Shown: positions 9,500-18,091 of the stretch, piece by piece | How the letters are laid out: each line of letters starts with the position of its first letter | Numbering within the stretch: the first letter of the stretch is position 1 | Source: Oligoflexales bacterium | GTDB taxonomy: Bacteria; Bdellovibrionota_B; Oligoflexia; Oligoflexales; Bog-1112 | Assembly (NCBI GenBank): GCA_017985985.1 | Contig: JAGNWK010000019.1 | Coordinates: 1 to 39,226, forward strand | Direction: 5' to 3' | Length of the DNA stretch: 39,226 bases | Notes under the pieces: model-generated | The model's database searches: none | What the model was told of the DNA's origin: nothing | The model's input: only the letters and a program-made list of their open reading frames with translations | Made by a program: the position numbers and the translations under genes

Positions 9500-10852
9500 A
9501 TGTGCACTTACTTTTTAAAACTGAAGATGGCAAAACTACAATTTGGTTTAAGCCTTCTCCTCGCCCTCCTATCTTTTTCAGGTTTTGCTAGAGAGAGGAC
9601 GAAGCTTCCGATTCGAAAGATTCTATCCACGACGGTTGATTCTTCGATCAACCCAGCGACTCTAAACTACCTTTCTACAAGTTTTGAACATGCACAAAAA
9701 CTTGGTTATGACCTCATCCTGATCAACTTGAATACCCCAGGAGGTCTCGTCTCTACGACCAAAGAGATCCTTGCCCTTATTGGTAACAGTAAAATTCCCA
9801 CCGCCATTTGGATTCATCCTGAAGGAGGCTCTGCAACAAGCGCAGGCGCCATTATCGCCAGCAGTGCTCACATATTAGCCATGTCTCCTGGTACAAATAT
9901 CGGAGCTGCTACCCCTGTACAACTAGGCAAAGATCTGGAAGACAAAGACCTGAGAAACAAAGCGATCAATGATCTAGTTTCCCTTGTGCAAAGTCTGTCC
10001 CAGTCCAGAGGCAGAAATCAAGAAGCCTTCGGCAATATGATAAAGGAAGCAGCCTCCTACCAATCTCAGAATGCTGTTGAACTCAAACTCGTCGATTTCA
10101 TCGCCAACACTCAGAATGAATTTGTTGAAAAACTTCAAGGTCGAGAGATATCGATCCAAGGTGAAACTTTTACACTTGAATGCCTGAACCCACAAGTTGA
10201 TGAACAAGCGATGGATCTCGGACAGAAACTGCTCAACATATTAGCAAGCCCAGACCTTACCTATATTCTGTTCATGCTGGGAGCAGCCCTTATCTACTTT
10301 GAGTTTCAAACGCCAGGAGGGTTTATAGCGGGTGGAGTGGGTAGCATCCTTCTCATCCTTTCAGGTATAGGGTTCCAAGTTCTTCCGCTCAACTTCGGTT
10401 CCTTAGCCCTCATCATCTTGGCATTTATCTTATTTATCCTAGAACTGTATATTACAAGTTATGGCGGACTTTCTCTCGTAGCCGTCTTATCTCTTTCTGT
10501 TGGTTCACTCTTTCTGTTCAGAACGGATAACGCTTATCTCGACATCAGCCTGCCACTTATTTTTGCAACTATCTCCTGCATAACTCTGGCAGCTCTTTCC
10601 CTAACCTTTTTAGTTTTTCGGGACTTGAAAAAAGACTCGAATAAAAAAAATTATTACTCTTTAGCAGGAAAGACAGCTACAATCCTTGCGACTCTACCCG
10701 AACTAGGGTCGAGCTCAGAGCCAGGCATCCACTGCTTTCAAGTCAAAGTTGCAGGAGAAATCTGGACAGCAAAGTCCCAGACAGCGCTCCAAATTGGTGA
10801 GACCTGTACGGTGACAGATGAAGATCGAATAAATATGTTCCTGTGGCTGTAG
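9500..10852 (+). CDS. NfeD-family membrane-bound serine protease (ClpP-like N-domain, TM region, C-terminal OB-fold)
   Basis: Signal peptide; ..ILINLNTPGGLVSTTKEI..SATSAGAIIASSAHILAMSPGTNIGAATP..; central multi-TM region; C-terminal beta domain. The gene lies immediately upstream of an SPFH gene, the classic NfeD-stomatin operon. Confidence 0.75.
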   Translation: MCTYFLKLKMAKLQFGLSLLLALLSFSGFARERTKLPIRKILSTTVDSSINPATLNYLSTSFEHAQKLGYDLILINLNTPGGLVSTTKEILALIGNSKIPTAIWIHPEGGSATSAGAIIASSAHILAMSPGTNIGAATPVQLGKDLEDKDLRNKAINDLVSLVQSLSQSRGRNQEAFGNMIKEAASYQSQNAVELKLVDFIANTQNEFVEKLQGREISIQGETFTLECLNPQVDEQAMDLGQKLLNILASPDLTYILFMLGAALIYFEFQTPGGFIAGGVGSILLILSGIGFQVLPLNFGSLALIILAFILFILELYITSYGGLSLVAVLSLSVGSLFLFRTDNAYLDISLPLIFATISCITLAALSLTFLVFRDLKKDSNKKNYYSLAGKTATILATLPELGSSSEPGIHCFQVKVAGEIWTAKSQTALQIGETCTVTDEDRINMFLWL

Positions 10853-10861
10853 TTTGACTTT

Positions 10862-10919
10862 CACCCCCACCATCAAACAAGGAGGGGGCGAAGGAAACCA
10901 GCTGCGCAGTTTGTCCCCC
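10862..10919. repeat. REP-like palindromic element (family 4; core GGAAACCAGCTGCGCAGTTTGTCCCC) in the NfeD-stomatin intergenic spacer
   Basis: The core shares the palindrome ..aaccagctgcgcagttt.. with copies at 27097, 30393, 31931, 33677 and 36201/36259. Confidence 0.55.
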
Positions 10920-10923
10920 TGAA

Positions 10924-11679
10924 ATGAATCTAAATGAGGTTTTTATGATGTTCTTCATGTTTTTTGTATCTCTGGCTGTGGTCGTTCTTTTCAACACAGT
11001 CAAAATACTAAACGAATACGAGCGAGCTGTTATTTTTCGGCTCGGTCGTTACACCGGGGTCCGAGGTCCTGGTCTTATCATACTCGTTCCTGGACTCGAG
11101 AAGATGAGAAGGGTAGATCTTCGAACAGTCACCCTAGACATCCCCTCTCAAGACATTATCACTCGCGATAACGTAACTCTAAAGGTCAATGGGGTGGTTT
11201 ACTTCAGAGTGGATAGACCCGAAAAATCTGTCATCTCTGTTGAGGACTATCTCAATGCAACTGGTCAGATCGCCCAGACAACCCTCCGTTCTGTTATCGG
11301 ACAATTCGAGCTTGATGAAATTCTATCTCAACGCGATAAGATTAACGCAAAGCTCCAACTTATCTTGGACGAACACACAGACCCTTGGGGGATCAAGGTC
11401 AGCGTTGTGGAAGTAAAAGCGATCGATCTTCCTATTGAAATGCAACGAGCCATGGCTAAACAAGCTGAAGCTGAAAGAAATAAGCGGGCAAAAGTGATCT
11501 CTGCAGAGGGCGAGCTGAATGCTGCCTATAAGCTTGCTGAGGCGGCCCAAATCTTAGGGACTCAAAAAAATGCTATTGTTCTTCGCTACCTAGACACCAT
11601 GAAAGAAATATCGACGGGAGAAGGGAAAACGACGACATTCTTCCCGCTACCCCTTGATTTCATCTCAAAATTAGGCTGA
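10924..11679 (+). CDS. SPFH/band-7 protein, stomatin-like (paraslipin)
   Basis: ..[76 protein letters not shown].. is a canonical stomatin/QmcA sequence. The better start is probably the ATG at 10945, which has a GAGG 5 nt upstream. Confidence 0.85.
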   Translation: MNLNEVFMMFFMFFVSLAVVVLFNTVKILNEYERAVIFRLGRYTGVRGPGLIILVPGLEKMRRVDLRTVTLDIPSQDIITRDNVTLKVNGVVYFRVDRPEKSVISVEDYLNATGQIAQTTLRSVIGQFELDEILSQRDKINAKLQLILDEHTDPWGIKVSVVEVKAIDLPIEMQRAMAKQAEAERNKRAKVISAEGELNAAYKLAEAAQILGTQKNAIVLRYLDTMKEISTGEGKTTTFFPLPLDFISKLG

Positions 11680-11811
11680 GAGGGCTGTCCAGGTCACACA
11701 TAAGCCTATGACTTACCTAGATAAATTAGATTAACTTTCTTTTCCTAAATATAATCCCCATAAGTTCCGAAGTTCTCCCTTAGAGATGTGTATAGAAAAA
11801 GAGAGAATTTC

Positions 11812-13362
11812 ATGCTTATGAGAAGGCTCAAGTTCATAGTCGCGCATATAGGCCGGTTTGTTCTGGTTCCGGCTGTTTTATCCTCTTTTTTGCTTTCCTG
11901 TAATGGAAAAAATTCGAGCGAGATCATCGATTCTATAGATGCAGCTCAAGTTCAACCGGATCAAAGCTCAAATAGCGATGACGCCTTTGCCAGCACAGAC
12001 CTTGCCAACGTCCAAGTTGTTAGCAAAGGATCTAGTATAAAAAACCTCCTGACTCTCCCTGACTGTGTTCCTGCCCAATATGGAAAAGTGATGTTTAGAA
12101 GTCTAGACTCTAAATTTCTCTATTGTCATAACCCCAAGCAGTGGGATGAAATCGACCTCAGAGGCAACGGAGGAGTTGCAGGGGCTGCAGGAACTCAAGG
12201 TAAGGCTGGTATTGACGGTATCCGGGGAGAAGACGGTCCAACCGGTCCTCAGGGCGATCAGGGAGCCAGGGGAGAGACAGGTGTCCCTGGTGTACAAGGG
12301 ATAAAAGGCACTCAAGGTCCTCAGGGAGAAAGGGGACCTGCAGGGGCTGTAGGGGCTGCTGGAGCAACAGGGCCTAAGGGAGATCAAGGTGTTCAGGGTC
12401 TTGAAGGACTTAAGGGTCCCGACGGTCCCCAAGGACCAGTTGGAGCAGCTGGAAACCTGGCTGGAGATAAGGGAGATGCAGGGAGTGCAGGCCCAGAGGG
12501 AGATCAGGGTATACCAGGCGTTGCCGGTGACAAAGGGGCAACCGGACCCAAGGGAGCAACCAGTACTGTAATTGGAGCTGTAGGGGATACAGGTCCGCAA
12601 GGTACACAAGGTTTGCCTGGAACTAGCGGTACAGAACGTGGCGACGTAGGGGCAATGGGTATCAAAGGCATTCAAGGCATTCAAGGCATTGCAGGCATTC
12701 AAGGCATTGCAGGCATTCAAGGCATTCAGGGCCTCAAAGGCTTTCAAGGGCCTCAAGGTCTGCAAGGGGTGAAAGGAGCAGAGGGTCCTACTGGTTCCCA
12801 AGGTGCAGTTGGAGACAAGGGATTGACAGGAGCTCAGGGAGGTAAGGGCCCTCAAGGGAGCCAGGGTGTAGTTGGTGACCAAGGTCCCCAAGGGGCAAAA
12901 GGAGCTACGGGTCTGTCAGGAAAATCTCTTCTTGTCAAAGACAGTTCGTCTTCTACCTTGTTGGGTGCATTCGTTTCCTATGGCAACCCATTTGACTCAG
13001 CAGATAGAGAGACCATCCTTGTTTACAATGATGCAGCTGATCTTGTTTTTCCCGTCAGTTCAAGTGGAAAACTTATCGATGTACCGAGCTCAACAAGCTT
13101 CATGTACTGGGAGAAAGACGGGTGCACTGGAGCTCCTTCCATTCAACTCCCTATGCCACTTGTCTTCGAGATAGCTTTCACAAGAGGCTCTGAAACTTAT
13201 AGGGTCGTTTCTCTCAATCGACCTTCTGTTCGGTCTTATACAAATGCATCCAACAGCTGTATCACTGTACCTAGCCAGCAGATCACCAACACCTATCTTG
13301 TCGAATCCACAAGTGACATCCCTAGCACGTACGCAGCACCACTCACCTACATCGTTGAATAG
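11812..13362 (+). CDS. Collagen-like triple-helix repeat lipoprotein with a non-collagenous C-terminal domain
   Basis: Signal peptide with lipobox (LLSC). There are about 250 aa of uninterrupted Gly-X-Y (GNGGVAGAAGTQGKAGIDGIRGEDGPTGPQGDQG...). A perfect 9-bp tandem repeat (ggcattcaa/ggcattgca) encodes GIQGIQGIAGIQGIAGIQGIQG at 12667-12732. A ~150 aa C-terminal globular part follows. The ORF-track start at 11788 is GTG; ATG 11812 is preferred. Confidence 0.75.
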   Translation: MLMRRLKFIVAHIGRFVLVPAVLSSFLLSCNGKNSSEIIDSIDAAQVQPDQSSNSDDAFASTDLANVQVVSKGSSIKNLLTLPDCVPAQYGKVMFRSLDSKFLYCHNPKQWDEIDLRGNGGVAGAAGTQGKAGIDGIRGEDGPTGPQGDQGARGETGVPGVQGIKGTQGPQGERGPAGAVGAAGATGPKGDQGVQGLEGLKGPDGPQGPVGAAGNLAGDKGDAGSAGPEGDQGIPGVAGDKGATGPKGATSTVIGAVGDTGPQGTQGLPGTSGTERGDVGAMGIKGIQGIQGIAGIQGIAGIQGIQGLKGFQGPQGLQGVKGAEGPTGSQGAVGDKGLTGAQGGKGPQGSQGVVGDQGPQGAKGATGLSGKSLLVKDSSSSTLLGAFVSYGNPFDSADRETILVYNDAADLVFPVSSSGKLIDVPSSTSFMYWEKDGCTGAPSIQLPMPLVFEIAFTRGSETYRVVSLNRPSVRSYTNASNSCITVPSQQITNTYLVESTSDIPSTYAAPLTYIVE

Positions 13363-13397
13363 CGCTATTATTATGCGCACAGCTGGTTCCCCTTTTC

Positions 13398-14612
13398 CTA
13401 AGGTTGATCGTAAACAAATGGAGAGGAGAAATAATGATTAGTCCTTGCGTAGGGATGCAGTGGGGGGGGAGGGGGAGGCAAAATCGCTGTATTCCCATAA
13501 AGAGACCCTGCAGTCGCTGCCGTTGATACAGGAGGAAGCTCAGCCTCGACATTTCGCTTGATAGCAAAAACTAAAATACCCATAGGCTTTGTTGCAGATA
13601 GTCGAATATAAAATCGTTCTTGGTCATGAGAAAGGTAACTTGTCCATGTTGAAGATGCCGCTTCGACAAACAGCTCCATGTAAGGATACAGTGCTGGCAC
13701 CATATCCCGATATTGGGCAAGGCTAGCTCTTGTGAGCTGCAAAGCCTGGTAGGTGGATAGATCACCTTTAACTGTGCTCATGGCATAGCGATGAGCATGA
13801 ATGGAGGTCATAGCAACCGCATCGTGAATTCTATGCCCAAAAAAATTGTACTTATCTAGATTAAGTAAATGAGCGTCGATGCGAAATGGGGATGTGGGCA
13901 GAAGAGGTTCATCGAGTACGAATCCCCCTACGCTTTTACGTTTTATACACCCTAGAAGAAGCCTGGGATTTACCAAAATCCTGACGTTTGTGGCTCTGTT
14001 AAAAATTCCCATTAAAAGCCCATCTAGAGCAGGCTTCTGATCTCGAGGCACACTGTCATAAAGCCAGGTCTCAGCGACACTCTGAGCTATGATTTTGTCA
14101 CCGGTCGACTTCAATGGACAAGACACCCTTGTTAGAAGCTGATAGACAGCTACACTAGTTCCTACAAGAATGGCACAGGCCGAGATAAAACTGACGATAA
14201 TGCCAAGATAAGTCGTAAACGAGGCTAGGTTTGTCTCCTGGTTAGTGGATATATTGGCATTAGAAGAGGGACTAGCTGCTGCCGTGACGTTTACTGATAC
14301 ACCGATGGGTGATGGTGATGGTGATGGTGATGGTGATGGTGATGGTGATGGTGATGGTGATGGTGATGGTGATGGTGATGGTGATGGTGATGGTGATGGT
14401 AAAACTTCTTCAGGTGTTTGTGCATGAGCTTCACCAAAATTTGAGAACCAGTGCAAGGACAACTGTGTAGCTACCTGCAAGGAAGAGAGTTCGCGAGAAA
14501 ACTGCGGAGTTGGTTTCTCCCAAGAAAGAAACGCTAAGCAGATGAGAAGAAAGAATAAAAAAATATTTCCTTTTGACATTTTTTTCGATGGACAGTTTTT
14601 TGCCTGCAACAT
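13398..14612 (-). CDS. Hypothetical membrane protein with an (SP)16 linker
   Basis: Signal peptide (MSKGNIFLFFLLICLAFLSW from ATG 14579), then (SP)16 encoded by (tcacca)n, a TM helix and a ~260 aa C-terminal domain of unknown function. A poly-Pro tail is encoded over a G8 tract at 13462-13469. Confidence 0.5.
   Translation of the reverse strand: MLQAKNCPSKKMSKGNIFLFFLLICLAFLSWEKPTPQFSRELSSLQVATQLSLHWFSNFGEAHAQTPEEVLPSPSPSPSPSPSPSPSPSPSPSPSPSPSPSPIGVSVNVTAAASPSSNANISTNQETNLASFTTYLGIIVSFISACAILVGTSVAVYQLLTRVSCPLKSTGDKIIAQSVAETWLYDSVPRDQKPALDGLLMGIFNRATNVRILVNPRLLLGCIKRKSVGGFVLDEPLLPTSPFRIDAHLLNLDKYNFFGHRIHDAVAMTSIHAHRYAMSTVKGDLSTYQALQLTRASLAQYRDMVPALYPYMELFVEAASSTWTSYLSHDQERFYIRLSATKPMGILVFAIKRNVEAELPPVSTAATAGSLYGNTAILPPPPPPLHPYARTNHYFSSPFVYDQP
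14308..14400. repeat. Hexanucleotide microsatellite (GGTGAT)~15.5, coding for the (SP)n linker of the 13398..14612 CDS
   Basis: Perfect tandem hexamer visible in the sequence. It preserves the reading frame. Confidence 0.9.
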
Positions 14613-14836
14613 AATCCCCTAACTTTTTTAGTGTAAGTCAAAATACAGAAAGACCTGTGCCGGACACCTGACTGCAATAACACGATTTTTTTAGGATCAC
14701 TAGTCTTGCCGACTGGCGATGCCCTAAGCCGAGCGTAGCGAGATTCATTTAATTTTTTAAAACTTCTGTGAAGATTAAACCACTCGTCGTATAACAAGGC
14801 CGCGAGTGGTTTAATCTTCAAATAATTTATTGAAAA

Positions 14837-16099
14837 GTGAATCTGGTTATGGTCAGTTTAAAATTCAGAGACATACCAAAGAATTACACGGAATCTTGGC
14901 GCAGACTGCTATTGAAGCTCTCCCCCCACCATGTAAAGGACCCTGACAATTTTGAGAGGAGTCTCCAGCACCTGCTCCGTAAAGAAAGTGAATCCATCAA
15001 AGATTTGCGAGCTACTTTTAATGAACGAAGAGAGACCATCTCCCCTAAGCTGCTCAGCACTCATAAAAAGATCTTCACGTACCTACTTGGATTTCATCTA
15101 CCCAATGCGACCAGGCTCCTAGGCACCTGGCAACGACTCGAAGAACGTTGGGACTTGAGCGCACTTCTGCCTCGTAAACCTAAGGCCAAGGCGTCCACAA
15201 ACTCGGAAGAAGTGCCTCCACCCCCTCGACTCCTGCTCTGGGACTTCGGAGCTGGAAGTGGAGCCATGTCTCAGCTGCTCTACTCCCTTCTAAAACCACA
15301 TTTTGAAGAAACTCGCGCTTATCTGTACGACAGCAATTCTCTCCTATTGGAAGCTGCCAAGGATTTTTTTGCCTTCTACAAAGAACTCGATAAACCAAAA
15401 CACCCGAAAGATACAGACCTCGAGCCACACCTTCGTATCTACCCACGCAAAGTGCCTCTGCAAGAGCTTAATACTCGTCCCTCAATATCTGACTCTGATC
15501 TGGTTATGGTCTGTTTAGGCTATATCTGGAATGAGCTCAGTTCAAACTCCAAGGCGAGGGGCAAGATCCTAGAATTTATTGTCGAACTACAAAGAGGGGG
15601 TAAGAAGGCCCTGATATTTCTCATAGAACCGGGCCGAGATTTCACTGCCAGAGCAGCCATGATGCTCAGGGATGAGCTCGTGGACATGGGCTTAAAGGTA
15701 CTTTATCCATGCCCTCATGATCAACCCTGCCCCATGCTCCTTCGTTCAAAGGACTGGTGCTATAGCGAATTCCCAAGCCAAGTTCTGCCTAAAGAAGCTC
15801 AGTTAGTCGACAAGCATGTATCTATGGAACGAAGCCTACTCGCCGCCTCCACCTATGTTTTTGCCACTGACGCCGCTTATAAACAGCTCGGCCCTAGCAA
15901 GTCTGCTAAAAAAGAAGTCATTGTGGGACGCCCCCTCCTAGATCAAGACACGAGATCCTACGAGGACCTCCTTTGCAGCCCAGAAGGGGAACTCCTGAAA
16001 AAAGAACCTCAGCTCCCTGAAAAAAGAGAAGAGGGCGCCCCCCGGAAAAAACCACCCTTCCTGCGAGGTGAGATGAGAACGTCAACGGACCTATCCTAA
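14837..16099 (+). CDS. Rsm22-family SAM-dependent methyltransferase (putative)
   Basis: LLWDFGAGSGAMS (a DxGxGxG SAM motif), ..LGYIWNELS.. and a conserved Cys cluster YPCPHDQPCPML, as in Rsm22-like proteins. GTG start; alternative ATG at 14849. Confidence 0.45.
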   Translation: MNLVMVSLKFRDIPKNYTESWRRLLLKLSPHHVKDPDNFERSLQHLLRKESESIKDLRATFNERRETISPKLLSTHKKIFTYLLGFHLPNATRLLGTWQRLEERWDLSALLPRKPKAKASTNSEEVPPPPRLLLWDFGAGSGAMSQLLYSLLKPHFEETRAYLYDSNSLLLEAAKDFFAFYKELDKPKHPKDTDLEPHLRIYPRKVPLQELNTRPSISDSDLVMVCLGYIWNELSSNSKARGKILEFIVELQRGGKKALIFLIEPGRDFTARAAMMLRDELVDMGLKVLYPCPHDQPCPMLLRSKDWCYSEFPSQVLPKEAQLVDKHVSMERSLLAASTYVFATDAAYKQLGPSKSAKKEVIVGRPLLDQDTRSYEDLLCSPEGELLKKEPQLPEKREEGAPRKKPPFLRGEMRTSTDLS

Positions 16100-16127
16100 A
16101 TTTTAACGATCCTCTAGCTCCAACCTG

Positions 16128-16245
16128 TCTAAGTATTGCGATTTCGTTATTGCGAGGAGCCGTAGGCGACAAAGCAATCTTCTTGCCTTTACCTGGAGAT
16201 TGCTTCGCTCATGACGAGCTTCTACGATGAATACTTAGACAGCTT
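16128..16245. mobile_element. MITE-like palindromic element (family 3)
   Basis: Outer inverted repeat ccaaSctgtctaagtatt; inner palindrome tcgttattgcgaggagccgtaggcgacaaagcaatct...agattgcttcgctcatgacga. A second, chimeric copy is at 32779-32896. Confidence 0.55.
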
Positions 16246-16292
16246 GGCTCAAGGCTAACGGGTTTTCACCGCTTTTCCATGAAGGCTATCTG

Positions 16293-16967
16293 ATGAAAAT
16301 TCTCATAGGTATAACAGGAGCTTCTGGATCCATTTACGCAGAGAGACTGCTCCAGGAGCTAGCACCGATCGAATCGGTAGAAAAAATTTATGTAGTAGCC
16401 ACAGAGAGTGGAGCCTCGGTTGCTAGGTTTGAATTAGCAGCTCAAAAAGTAAGTGAAGGCAAAAAAAAAGATCGCGAGACCAAGGCGCTATGCCTACTCA
16501 AGATCCTACAAAAAAAAATACCATCTGAACTGAGCCATAAAATCTTTGTTTTTCGCAACGATGACTTTTATGCCCCCCCTGCCAGTGGCAGCTCCGTCCC
16601 GTCCCATATGATCGTCGTCCCCTGCTCTATGGGTAGTCTGGCCCGCATCCGACATGGGCTATCTCAGAACCTTCTCGAACGATCTGCAGATGTCGTCCTT
16701 AAAGAAGGGAGACAACTCGTCATCTGCCCTCGAGAGAGCCCCTTCGGCATCATCCATCTCGAAAACATGCTAGGACTTGCCAAAATGGGCGCAAAAATCA
16801 TGCCACTTATGCCTGCTTTTTACCAAAAACCAAAAGATTTAAAGGAGTGTATCGACTTTATGGTTGGAAAGATTCTAGAGGGTTTAGGGCTTAAACACAG
16901 CCTCTATCCACCCTGGGCTATCGACCGTACCACAAAACGGGAAGTCCAGGATGGAGGGCTTGCATAG
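16293..16967 (+). CDS. ubiX: Flavin prenyltransferase UbiX
   Basis: MKILIGITGASGSIYAERLLQEL.. together with ..HMIVVPCSMGSLARIRHG.. and ..LVICPRESP.. are hallmark UbiX/Pad1 motifs. ATG start with GAAGG 7 nt upstream. Confidence 0.8.
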   Translation: MKILIGITGASGSIYAERLLQELAPIESVEKIYVVATESGASVARFELAAQKVSEGKKKDRETKALCLLKILQKKIPSELSHKIFVFRNDDFYAPPASGSSVPSHMIVVPCSMGSLARIRHGLSQNLLERSADVVLKEGRQLVICPRESPFGIIHLENMLGLAKMGAKIMPLMPAFYQKPKDLKECIDFMVGKILEGLGLKHSLYPPWAIDRTTKREVQDGGLA

Positions 16968-17064
16968 ACGCCGAGTTCTTATTGTTCCCAGCGTCTACAT
17001 TTTTTTCTTACAGGCATCGGATCAAAGAACGCAGGGAGAAGAAAACCGCTCCCTACGGGTTAAT

Positions 17065-17436
17065 TTATCGATTTCTTTGTGAGTTGAAAGATCGGGGCCC
17101 TCCGCCGCCAGATCCGCTTCCACCGCGGTTAGGACGGAATCCGCCCCCACGATTTCCACCACCACCACCACCAGCACCGCCACGGTCTGGTTTGTCGTTT
17201 GCTTCGTTGACTTTCACAGTTCTGCCATCAATAGCATGTCCATCCATTTCGGAGATGGCATTAAGGGCAGCGTCATCGTCACTAAAAGTCACAAAACCAA
17301 AGCCCCTGGAACGTCCAGTCTCGCGGTCTGTGATCACTTTGGCTTCTTCAATTTCACCAAATTTCTCAAATGAAGCCCTAAGCATCTCGTCATCTGTGCC
17401 CCAGCTAAGACCGCCAACAAAAAGTTTCTTTCCCAT
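17065..17436 (-). CDS. Glycine-rich RNA-binding protein (single RRM domain)
   Basis: RNP2 KLFVGGLSW and RNP1 RGFGFVTF are present. The C-terminal tail is GGAGGGGGGNRGGGFRPNRGGSGSGGGG. The overlapping plus-strand ORF 16982..17455 is an antisense low-complexity artefact. Confidence 0.85.
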   Translation of the reverse strand: MGKKLFVGGLSWGTDDEMLRASFEKFGEIEEAKVITDRETGRSRGFGFVTFSDDDAALNAISEMDGHAIDGRTVKVNEANDKPDRGGAGGGGGGNRGGGFRPNRGGSGSGGGGPRSFNSQRNR

Positions 17437-17957
17437 TTCTCAAAAAGCTCCGTAATCTGGCCCCCTGCAGGGTAATAACCCATAGCTCATCTTTCTCATT
17501 ACCCCATGTGGTATGGGGCATCGAGTAACTCGCCTAAATCAGGAAGCACTTAGTAAACTGCGTGATTCTCAGTTTAAAAACAAAAAAAAGCAGACGGGCG
17601 AGCAAAACAGAGCCCCACACACCCATCGCAACTGTTTGTTTCAAAGCCTATGAATCACATTAAACTCTCAACCTAGTATACATAGCATTGACCGGGGGTC
17701 GAAATCATCTGTTTTTTACATTTATCTCGAGACTTTTAAAAAACACAAAAAAAACAATCGCTTGTAAACTTTTTTTTGCTTCTGCCCATCTCACAACGGA
17801 AGTCGGCAAAGTTTTCTGGAAAGAAATTCACCAAAAAGAGTAGGGCCGCAGGGTGACGCTGTCTCCAAATTTGATAGCCCTGCAATTTTAGAGTTCATTC
17901 GATCCCATATTCTCGATATTCTCCAACCTGAGTAGCACAGCACTCTATGAGTCACCC

Positions 17958-18000
17958 ATGTCATTCGGTTAAAAATCGAGACTTCGCTCGTAGTGACGGG
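17958..18000. repeat. Partial family-2 palindromic element (outer inverted repeat plus one inner arm), flanked by ~27-bp imperfect direct repeats
   Basis: atgtcattcggttaaaaatcgagacttcgctcgtagtgac matches the 4524-4678 element. gagtagcacagcactctatgagtcaccc (17931-57) and gagtggcatagcactctatccgtccccc (18010-36) are direct repeats. Confidence 0.45.
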
Positions 18001-18091
18001 ACTCCAGATGAGTGGCATAGCACTCTATCCGTCCCCCATCCCGATGACGTCCAAATGGAAGACACGACTAACCATAGAAAGCCAGACTGAA

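Noticed and set aside
12103-12891. 262-aa minus-strand ORF inside the collagen-like gene
   Set aside because: It is the antisense of a Gly-X-Y repeat region, where low-complexity sequence keeps both strands open. It has a Ser/Thr/Cys/Leu-rich composition and no start context. The sense-strand collagen reading frame is far more convincing.
14308-14400. Tandem repeats considered as a possible CRISPR array
   Set aside because: These are contiguous 6-bp and 9-bp microsatellites inside coding sequences with no unique spacers. No CRISPR repeat-spacer architecture or cas genes are present anywhere in the window.
16982-17455. 157-aa Pro-rich plus-strand ORF
   Set aside because: It is the antisense of the glycine-rich tail of the RRM protein gene (GGN codons read as CCN/Pro). 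The RRM ORF has canonical RNP1 and RNP2 motifs.
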